From NCBI GenBank assembly GCA_050177605.1, contig JBFXGX010000028.1:1-22459 (forward strand): 22,459 nt of DNA. Direction: 5' to 3'. Source of the stretch: Candidatus Izemoplasmatales bacterium (GTDB lineage: Bacteria; Bacillota_I; Bacilli_A; Izemoplasmatales; Hujiaoplasmataceae). Position numbers and translations under genes: made by a program. Below are positions 8,375 through 15,350 of the stretch, piece by piece (position 1 is the first letter of the stretch; each line of letters begins with the position of its first letter). The notes under the pieces were generated by a model. That model did no database searches, had not been told where the DNA came from, and saw only the letters and a list, made by a program, of their open reading frames with translations.

Positions 8375-10093
8375 TTACTCCTTCTCAATGAGTTTCAAAA
8401 GAGATGCCGCTGCATCAATGACACCCGCATGCTCTTTTCCTTTCACTGCAAGTTTCGTATATAATTCACCAACGAACACAGAATCGGCAAATAATTGTTC
8501 GAACATCTTTTGTAATAGAACTTCGGTTTGTTCCTGTTTTTGAACAGGTCCAAAAGGATTAGCAAAATAAGAAGTCACAATTCCTTCTTCTGTAGTTGTA
8601 CCTTTTGCTTTTCTTTTTCCCTCCCTAAAAACATCAAGGGCATCCTTAACTTGTTTGAACTTGTGGATTGAAGTATCATGATCATCATAGTTGTTCGCAT
8701 AAAGACAAATATCCACACGTGTTGGAGTCGTAATCGTTTCATAACTAGAAACCGGTAAAATCACTCGAGCATTGACCCTTTCTGGATTCAAAAAGAATGC
8801 TCGGTCAATTTCTTTATAAGCATACCCACTTTCTAGGTCATCTAGACGAATAAAAGCCCCAATTTCCGTTCCAACTGCATAAATTTGATTCTTTTCATAG
8901 AAAAATACACCCATATCATCAAAAATGGTTTTAAGTTCACGAATATTTTTACCAGCGATGATTCGAAGCGCTTCGAGTGTTTCAGATTTTCCTGCACCAC
9001 TATCGCCAATAATACAAACATTTTTAACCGAGTTATCATTTAACTTGATTGAAACCATCGCTCCATGGATAGGTAGTCTTCCGTGATCAATCATATATAC
9101 GTTATGAAGGGTTAATAACATCTTCTTCATATATCCAAAATAATCATTTTTGCTATCTCTAGAAACATAACCAATGTAGATGTCATTTTCTTGATCATGA
9201 TAATACGTATTATCAAATAAAGCAAAGGTATCCCCATATACATAAATTAAATCCGGTTTTTTATGAGATACTTCTTTAAAAAGTGCTGGTTCAAACAGGT
9301 TACTTAAGGCAACGCCATGATGTAAATAATCACGATGAAAATAGACAAAAGCTAGTAAGGTTCCAACTTTCACAGGATACATTAACCAATGTCTTTCAGT
9401 TAAATTTGTATTTGTTAAAGGAAATTCATTCGTTTCTTTAAAAATACCACTTCTCGTATTCATCACGCTATGACCGATAAAAGGCGTTCTTAACATGACG
9501 GTATCAATCATATCAATGTTATCTAATGCCTGATATTCTTTAGGTGCCTTCCAAGGATTTTTTGCGACAATTAATCCAGCATTTAATCCTGCGGGTGTTT
9601 GACGATAAACATGAATGTTTTTACCAGAAATATTTTTGGTGATTTTGCGGTATAAAGCAAGAATCATTTTGGTTAAAATTTCTGTTGTTTCAATGAGCGA
9701 CTCATTGTCTTGATTTAAAGCTCTTAATTTCTTTTGAATAATTCCATATCGTTCAAAATGTCGCCAATAATCATAGAGTTGTTCTGTGAAATGATAAAAA
9801 GCACGTCGATTGACGAGCACTTCTTTCGCTTCTGTTGTATTTTTAATAATGTCTTCATATGAAAAAGCAAGTAATAACTTATAGATATCGATGACTTGCT
9901 TGGTCCCTGAAACTGAATTTTTTATTAAGAGACAATCATCGCTTGAATGGCTATCGATTTGATTGATATATTTCTCCACAACTTGTTCAAATCCTGCACT
10001 TTGTAAAATCTTTAATTCGCTATCACATACACTGATACTCAAATTAATGATTATTTTTTTGTCTGTCATATGGAATGGTTTTATCACAGCCAT
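8375..10093 (-). CDS. Atypical phosphoenolpyruvate carboxykinase-family protein
   Basis: PEPCK-like motifs DYFGYMKKMLL, LPIHGAMV, P-loop GDSGAGKSET, metal-binding IFDDMG. RBS gagggag; 3-bp gap to thrC. Confidence 0.75.
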   Translation of the reverse strand: MAVIKPFHMTDKKIIINLSISVCDSELKILQSAGFEQVVEKYINQIDSHSSDDCLLIKNSVSGTKQVIDIYKLLLAFSYEDIIKNTTEAKEVLVNRRAFYHFTEQLYDYWRHFERYGIIQKKLRALNQDNESLIETTEILTKMILALYRKITKNISGKNIHVYRQTPAGLNAGLIVAKNPWKAPKEYQALDNIDMIDTVMLRTPFIGHSVMNTRSGIFKETNEFPLTNTNLTERHWLMYPVKVGTLLAFVYFHRDYLHHGVALSNLFEPALFKEVSHKKPDLIYVYGDTFALFDNTYYHDQENDIYIGYVSRDSKNDYFGYMKKMLLTLHNVYMIDHGRLPIHGAMVSIKLNDNSVKNVCIIGDSGAGKSETLEALRIIAGKNIRELKTIFDDMGVFFYEKNQIYAVGTEIGAFIRLDDLESGYAYKEIDRAFFLNPERVNARVILPVSSYETITTPTRVDICLYANNYDDHDTSIHKFKQVKDALDVFREGKRKAKGTTTEEGIVTSYFANPFGPVQKQEQTEVLLQKMFEQLFADSVFVGELYTKLAVKGKEHAGVIDAAASLLKLIEKE

Positions 10094-10229
10094 AAGATAT
10101 CACTCCCTCTAAATTCTTTTTACTATATTATCATATCTAGGGTAGAAAAAAAAGCCGAATTGCGCTTTTTATATACTAAAATCGTGTCTTTTATCTTTCT
10201 TTAATAGCGACTAAAACTTCCTCCTTCAA

Positions 10230-10243
10230 TGTATGCGTTATCA
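10230..10243. promoter_or_regulatory. cre-like (CcpA/LacI-family) operator candidate upstream of the pck-thr operon
   Basis: TGTATGCGTTATCA, one mismatch to TGWNANCGNTNWCA, with AA/TT flanks. Confidence 0.45.
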
Positions 10244-10255
10244 TTAAAAAATGAT

Positions 10256-10289
10256 AAAAAAGAAAAGTTTGACAAAAATTGTCAAACTT
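10256..10289 (-). terminator. Intrinsic terminator after lipoprotein gene
   Basis: aagtttgacaa-aaa-ttgtcaaactt hairpin with a T-rich tail on the minus strand. Confidence 0.75.
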
Positions 10290-10308
10290 AAGTGATGAAT
10301 TGGAATAT

Positions 10309-11370
10309 TTATGGCATTGTCACAAATGACAAATCAATCTCGGTTGAAACAGAAGGGATGATATAGAAATAATAATTACCGCTCTCTGGAATGGTTACTT
10401 GAATACTATTGACTGCATTATACTCAATCAATTCCATCGAACCATTCACCAAATAAGAACTGGAAATTACTCCAAAGTTTGATGATTCAATATTATAGGT
10501 CCCTGCTTCTAAATAGAGCTGAATCCATCCGTTTTCTCCTTCAACAACAGGTAATTGAATCTGTGAATCACTCGGATAGACTTTGGTTGCTAAACGAATA
10601 TCATCAACAGCGATAAATGTATAATCATTTGAAAAAACATCAAATATTTGAGGATCGCTTGGAATCGTCATGACAGTATGATTCGTGATTGAAATCGTTG
10701 CATAATTGCCATCATCAAAAGCAATTTGATATTCCGTCAAGGATGCATTGATATCAATCATACTTTCTTCTTCCGTAAACTGGACAGTGACGTGAGCCAA
10801 GGCATTATCAAAGACAGATAGTCCTTCCTCAAAAATTGAAAATTGTTCAGCTAACGTAGTTAACTTGTCTAAATCTACAACTTGAGTTAAAAAGATATCA
10901 AACTCATATTGATGATCTCCAGTGACATTTTCATTTGAAATATCATTTAAAGAAAATGAGTTATCTGAATTAAAAATATTCGTATTTACACTTTCTTCTG
11001 ATGTTGGAATGGTAGGTAAAATCGTGTTTCCATCAATGACATATTCAATCGTAAGAAGAGGTAATTTTTGAAATAAGCTTGCTGTTTGATTTCCATCTAG
11101 ATTTTGTTCTATATACGTTAGTGAATTTGTTTTATCAATCACAAAATTAATCGAGTCTGAAAAACTAGTCAACCCTTCGACATTTGTGTCGATCACATTC
11201 ACCGAAGTATCTGTGCTAACTGTATAAAATGTGGCGTTTTGATAAATTGGCGTATAAATATTGTAATCTTCTGAAAAACCTTTCACCGCTTTGATTGAAG
11301 ATAATAGACTACATCCAGTGAGCAAAACACCAAAACTAAAAAACATCAATAGTAATATAAATTTCTTCAT
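10309..11370 (-). CDS. Hypothetical acidic, beta-rich lipoprotein
   Basis: Signal MKKFILLLMFFSFGV plus lipobox LLTGC. RBS aaggggg. No family recognised. Confidence 0.8.
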   Translation of the reverse strand: MKKFILLLMFFSFGVLLTGCSLLSSIKAVKGFSEDYNIYTPIYQNATFYTVSTDTSVNVIDTNVEGLTSFSDSINFVIDKTNSLTYIEQNLDGNQTASLFQKLPLLTIEYVIDGNTILPTIPTSEESVNTNIFNSDNSFSLNDISNENVTGDHQYEFDIFLTQVVDLDKLTTLAEQFSIFEEGLSVFDNALAHVTVQFTEEESMIDINASLTEYQIAFDDGNYATISITNHTVMTIPSDPQIFDVFSNDYTFIAVDDIRLATKVYPSDSQIQLPVVEGENGWIQLYLEAGTYNIESSNFGVISSSYLVNGSMELIEYNAVNSIQVTIPESGNYYFYIIPSVSTEIDLSFVTMP

Positions 11371-11403
11371 AAGAACCCCCTTTGAATTGACTAAGATATT
11401 TCT

Positions 11404-11440
11404 ATCCTACCATAAATAGCATCTTTCTTCAAGAAAGATG
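11404..11440 (-). promoter_or_regulatory. Putative sigma-A promoter of the lipoprotein gene overlapped by a perfect 21-bp palindrome
   Basis: Minus strand TTGAAG-17 bp-TAGGAT with TG extension. Palindrome catctttctt-c-aagaaagatg at 11420-11440. Confidence 0.55.
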
Positions 11441-11465
11441 AAAAGAAAAGACGCCAACGGCGTCT
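11441..11465 (-). terminator. Intrinsic terminator after ilvE
   Basis: agacgcc-aac-ggcgtct hairpin followed by tttctttt on the minus strand. Confidence 0.8.
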
Positions 11466-12471
11466 ATTTAACAATATGAATCCATCCCTCTGGACCTTCA
11501 ATATTTCCAAATTGAATGTTAATTAGGATATCATATAACTTCCGAATTACTGGTCCAACTTCTGTCTTAGAGTAAAATACATGTTCTTTATCTTGATACG
11601 AGATATACCCAATGGGTGTAATCACAGCGGCGGTTCCACAAGCACCTGCCTCAGTAAACTCATCGAGTTTATCAATATAGACATCACGTTCTTCTACAAC
11701 CATATGAAGTGTTGAGGAAGCAATTTCGATTAACGATTTCTTTGTAATTGAATTTAGAATTGAAGATGATTTTGGGGTTACAAAATGATTATCCTTGGTG
11801 ATGCCAAAGAAATTAGCTGCCCCAACTTCATCAATTTTCGTATGGGTTAAAGGATCCAAGTAAATACAATCTGCAAAACCAAGTTCATGGGCAGTATGGT
11901 TCGGTAGTAAAGACGCAGCGTAATTTCCCCCAACCTTTTGTTTTCCAGTGCCATTTGGCGCAGCACGGTCATATTCTGTGACCATAAATCCAACAGGTGA
12001 AAGACCAGATTTAAAATAAGATCCAACAGGGCTACACAGAACACCAAACAAGTATTCAGTTGCCGGTTTCACGCCTAGATTGAGCCCAACACCAATCATA
12101 TATGGACGTAGGTAAAGCGTTGAATTAGAGCCATAAGGCGGCACAAACTCTTCGTTTGCTTTCACAACCATATCAATTGCTTTTAAAAACATTTCGTCAC
12201 TGACTTCAGGCATCAATAAACGACTACAAGATTCACGAAAACGAGCCGCATTCTCCAAAGGACGAAATAACTGAATGTTTCCATTTTTAGTACGATATGC
12301 TTTCAACCCTTCAAAAGCTTGTTGGCCATAATGAAGCGCTGGAGAGAATGCTGAAATGGATAAGGTATCCGTATCTCTTAACTCCTCTTTGACCCATTTG
12401 CCTTCTTTGAAGTGTGCTAAGTAATTATAATTTGTCTTATGATAATTAAATCCTAAATTAGTGAAATCCAA
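11464..12471 (-). CDS. ilvE: Branched-chain amino acid aminotransferase
   Basis: LHYGQQAFEGLKAYR, LYLRP, KVGGNYAAS (PLP lysine), EVGAANFF, ACGTAAVITP. TTG start with RBS gggag. Confidence 0.95.
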   Translation of the reverse strand: MDFTNLGFNYHKTNYNYLAHFKEGKWVKEELRDTDTLSISAFSPALHYGQQAFEGLKAYRTKNGNIQLFRPLENAARFRESCSRLLMPEVSDEMFLKAIDMVVKANEEFVPPYGSNSTLYLRPYMIGVGLNLGVKPATEYLFGVLCSPVGSYFKSGLSPVGFMVTEYDRAAPNGTGKQKVGGNYAASLLPNHTAHELGFADCIYLDPLTHTKIDEVGAANFFGITKDNHFVTPKSSSILNSITKKSLIEIASSTLHMVVEERDVYIDKLDEFTEAGACGTAAVITPIGYISYQDKEHVFYSKTEVGPVIRKLYDILINIQFGNIEGPEGWIHIVK

Positions 12472-12503
12472 TTCTGAATCCTCCCTAGTGATGTCGTAAT
12501 TCC

Positions 12504-12532
12504 ATTATACAAGAAAAACACTCAACTTGAAA
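12504..12532 (-). promoter_or_regulatory. Putative ilvE promoter
   Basis: Minus strand TTTCAA-17 bp-TATAAT (-10 at 12504-12509). Confidence 0.5.
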
Positions 12533-12550
12533 AGATTTTACGAAAATAAT

Positions 12551-13303
12551 TTATTTCTTTTCGATAACTCTTTTAAGGAACTCAGCAGTTCTTTTTGCCT
12601 TTGGTTGATGGAAAATCACTTCAGGCGATCCAGATTCAATAATTTCGCCTTTATCCATAACATATATTACATCAGCTACTTCTTCAGCAAAACTCATTTC
12701 ATGAGTCACAATCACCATTGTCATACCATTACTAGCCAAATTTCTCATAACATTGAGCACTTCTCCAACCATCTCTGGGTCAAGTGCACTGGTAGGTTCA
12801 TCAAATAGCATAATATCTGGTTTCATCACCAAACTTCTTGCTATCGCAATTCTTTGTTTTTGTCCGCCAGAAAGTTGATTTGGAAAATTATCAATTTTAT
12901 CCATAAGTCCAACTCTAGAAAGCATATCCTTAGCTAATTCTAGCCCTTCTGCTTCAGTATATTTTTTTAATTGCTTTGGCGCAACTAATAAATTATTTAA
13001 TACACTTAAATGGGGAAATAAGTGGAATCCTTGAAAAACCATTCCCATTTTTTGACGAAGTAAATTAATATCCGTTTGTTTACTCAAAAGGGAAATTCCT
13101 TCAAAAATGACATCACCCTTCGATGGCGTTTCAAGTAAGTTTAACGTTCTGAGTAATGTAGACTTTCCTGATCCAGATGGACCAATAAGTACAACCACTT
13201 GATTCTTATATACTTGAAGATTGACGTTTTTTAAAGCTTCAGTCCCATCAGAAAATGTTTTACTAATTTCTTTAACTTCAATAATAACTTCTTTATTTTG
13301 CAT
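12551..13303 (-). CDS. Polar amino-acid ABC transporter ATP-binding subunit (GlnQ/ArtM-like)
   Basis: Walker [10 protein letters not shown], signature LSGGQKQR, Walker B/D-loop [14 protein letters not shown]-loop VTHEM. Confidence 0.95.
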   Translation of the reverse strand: MQNKEVIIEVKEISKTFSDGTEALKNVNLQVYKNQVVVLIGPSGSGKSTLLRTLNLLETPSKGDVIFEGISLLSKQTDINLLRQKMGMVFQGFHLFPHLSVLNNLLVAPKQLKKYTEAEGLELAKDMLSRVGLMDKIDNFPNQLSGGQKQRIAIARSLVMKPDIMLFDEPTSALDPEMVGEVLNVMRNLASNGMTMVIVTHEMSFAEEVADVIYVMDKGEIIESGSPEVIFHQPKAKRTAEFLKRVIEKK

Positions 13304-13973
13304 CAGCTTTTCCTAGTCTCCTTTCAAAATATTGCATCAATTTAGAGGTTGGGAAAGTCAGTAAGAAATAAAGCATTGCCGCAACCAAATAGCTTTCCAT
13401 AAATCCATAGGTTTCAGATTTTATCATCTGTGCTTCATAGGTTAATTCCGCAACACCTGAATACATCAAAATGGATGTCTCTTTTATTAAAGTCACAAAT
13501 TCGTTTCCAAGTGCAGGCAAGATATTTTTTATCGCTTGAGGGAAGATTATTTTCTTGAATGTCATAGCATAATTCATCCCTAAGCTGCGTGATGCTTCCC
13601 ATTGACCTTTATCAACAGAGTTAATACCCGCACGGATGACTTCGGCCATATAGGCACTTGAATTAATGAAGAGTGTAAACATTCCAGGAACAAATGGACT
13701 GATATCATAAGATCCACCAATAAGAATCACTGGAACATGAAACATACTATAAAAAATGATTAATTGAACAACGACCGGTGTTCCTCTTAATATTTCAACA
13801 TATGCACCAAAGACAAAACGAATGACTTTAAATTTAGTCATCCGCATCAGTGCAATACCTACTGCAAGAATGGTACCAAGGGCTACCGCAAACAGTGCTA
13901 AGACGACTGTTGTTGCTAGCCCTTGAAGTAACAATTTAATGTAGTAGGATTCTAGTAAGAAACTAAAATCCAT
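13293..13973 (-). CDS. Polar amino-acid ABC transporter permease
   Basis: [36 protein letters not shown] (EAA loop), [15 protein letters not shown]. Confidence 0.95.
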   Translation of the reverse strand: MDFSFLLESYYIKLLLQGLATTVVLALFAVALGTILAVGIALMRMTKFKVIRFVFGAYVEILRGTPVVVQLIIFYSMFHVPVILIGGSYDISPFVPGMFTLFINSSAYMAEVIRAGINSVDKGQWEASRSLGMNYAMTFKKIIFPQAIKNILPALGNEFVTLIKETSILMYSGVAELTYEAQMIKSETYGFMESYLVAAMLYFLLTFPTSKLMQYFERRLGKADAK

Positions 13974-13978
13974 CTTGA

Positions 13979-14794
13979 CTATTCGCCTGTGTTTAGGTTA
14001 ACCATATCGGAAACGATTTGGTCAAGATCTCCAGAGGTAATCAGGTCGTTTAACACTTGGTTAATTGTCGCTAATAATTCAGCATTTCCTTTTTCTACAG
14101 CAACTGCACTACCGCCATCAGGTTCGCCAATTTCAAGATCAAGTATTTGAAGTCCAGACATATTTGCTAAATATCCTTCAGCAACTGGTTGTTCTAAAAG
14201 TACTGCTTCTACTAATCCTTGAGATAACTTTAACATTAAATCAGGAACGGCTTGTAGATATACTTTTTGAGCTAATGGGAAGTTTTCATCTGCTAAATCT
14301 TGTTGGATTGCGCCCATTTGTGCTCCAACTCTAATTGTAGCTTGATTGAGATCCTCAAGAGATGCAAATGAAGATGCAAGTGTATCCGTAGTCACAACGA
14401 CTTGGTGCGCTTCATAATATATCATCGAAAAATCAACGATTTCAGCTCTTTCATCTGTTGGTGTCATACCAGCAATAACGAAATCAACTTTTCCGCTTGT
14501 AAGGTCATCTAGTAAGTAATCAAATGCCTTATTTACAACTTGTAGGTTTTTACCTAAGGCTGCCGCAATTGCTTTACCAATTTCAATGTCAATACCAACG
14601 ATGGTTTGTTTTCCATCCACATTCATTGGCCATTCATAAGGCGCATAATCAGCACTTGTTCCCATAACGATATAATCATCATAAGATTCATCAATGACAT
14701 AGTTGTACACATTGCTTGCTGTACATCCACTTAAAAAGAACGTGAAACCTAAAATAACGACTAACAATAAACTACCTAAACTTTTTTTAAACAT
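13979..14794 (-). CDS. Polar amino-acid ABC transporter substrate-binding lipoprotein (family 3), probably arginine by T-box specifier
   Basis: Lipobox FLSGC; GTSADYAPYE, GIDIEI, GKVDFVIAGMTPTDERAEIVDFS. RBS aggag. Confidence 0.92.
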   Translation of the reverse strand: MFKKSLGSLLLVVILGFTFFLSGCTASNVYNYVIDESYDDYIVMGTSADYAPYEWPMNVDGKQTIVGIDIEIGKAIAAALGKNLQVVNKAFDYLLDDLTSGKVDFVIAGMTPTDERAEIVDFSMIYYEAHQVVVTTDTLASSFASLEDLNQATIRVGAQMGAIQQDLADENFPLAQKVYLQAVPDLMLKLSQGLVEAVLLEQPVAEGYLANMSGLQILDLEIGEPDGGSAVAVEKGNAELLATINQVLNDLITSGDLDQIVSDMVNLNTGE

Positions 14795-14836
14795 AATCTT
14801 CTCTCCTATATTTTATAATTTTTGTTTAAACTATAT

Positions 14837-14958
14837 AAAAAACGCCCTCGGCAAAAAAACTTTGCCAAGGACGGATTTTCCGCGGTACCACCTTGATTCT
14901 ATCCCGAAAAAGAAGGATAGCTCCTCGTAAAGTTAACGCCTGTATTACGTTTAAACCT
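14837..14958 (-). ncRNA. Second, partial T-box unit (3' strand of Stem II, Stem IIA/B, Stem III, antiterminator, terminator; no Stem I)
   Basis: T-box AAGGUGGUACCGCGG at 14894-14880 pairing with CCGUCCUU; GGCGUUA box; Stem III cuaucc...ggauag; terminator cguccuuggcaaa...uuugccgagggcg-UUUUUU. Confidence 0.88.
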
Positions 14959-14980
14959 ATGTAATCTGATGTCAAGAAAT

Positions 14981-15205
14981 AAAAAAATCCCTAGCATAAA
15001 TGCTAAGGACGATTGTACCGTGGTGCCACCTTAATTCTGGAAAAGTTCCAGCTCTTGACATAGTTAACGCCTATCTACGTTTAAACCTCAGAATACTTCG
15101 ATCTAAATGCTCCCAAGCACGTTCATCTTGATGTTTAACTTGTTTTCACCAACCACAAGCTCTCTACCTAAATCAACAAAGATTACTACTCTTGTTCATC
15201 GCTTT
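14981..15205 (-). ncRNA. T-box riboswitch, complete unit, specifier CGU (Arg)
   Basis: Stem I with GA motif GCGAUGA, AGUA, AGAGA and GGUGAAA boxes; specifier loop GAA-CGU-G (codon at 15121-15119); Stem II; GGCGUUA; Stem III cuggaa/uuccag; T-box AAGGUGGCACCACGG (15032-15018); terminator uccuuagcau-uu-augcuaggga-U7. Confidence 0.93.
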
Positions 15206-15212
15206 GAGATAA

Positions 15213-15240
15213 ATTATACTTGTTTTTAAAAAAGATGCAA
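15213..15240 (-). promoter_or_regulatory. Sigma-A promoter of the T-box/ABC operon
   Basis: TTGCAT-16 bp-TATAAT ending about 8 nt before Stem I. Confidence 0.75.
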
Positions 15241-15252
15241 TAGAAAAAACAA

Positions 15253-15266
15253 TGAAAATGTTTTCA
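15253..15266. promoter_or_regulatory. cre-like palindrome upstream of the T-box promoter
   Basis: TGAAAATGTTTTCA, near-perfect palindrome, 12 bp upstream of the -35. Confidence 0.45.
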
Positions 15267-15320
15267 TAACTTAATAATTTTTTTCTCTTTTTATCTAATC
15301 TCTTAGAGATTAAATTTGAT

Positions 15321-15350
15321 AAAAAAAAGTAAGGCAATGTATGCCTTACT
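15321..15350 (-). terminator. Intrinsic terminator after eam
   Basis: agtaaggca-atgta-tgccttact hairpin plus a T run on the minus strand, overlapping the stop codon. Confidence 0.85.

Noticed and set aside
8375..10093. HPr kinase call based on the HG...GDSGAGKSE motif
   Set aside because: At 572 aa it is far longer than HprK and carries the PEPCK-type GYMKK motif; the P-loop similarity reflects the shared fold.
10145..10228. Orphan AAGGAGG plus a weak hairpin with T8 upstream of pck as a leader-peptide attenuator
   Set aside because: No start codon at usable spacing after the SD, no Thr-rich peptide, and the stem (aaaagc/gctttt) is weak.
14948..14975. TTGACA in the T-box linker as an internal promoter for the partial second T-box
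   Set aside because: No acceptable -10 at 16-18 bp (TAAACG/AAACGT). The hexamer is better explained as part of the 9-bp inverted repeat, though TSS data would be needed to exclude it.
14931..15088. Direct repeat as CRISPR or mobile-element end
   Set aside because: Only two copies, and both are explained as duplicated T-box Stem II/IIA-B segments; no cas or transposase genes in the window.
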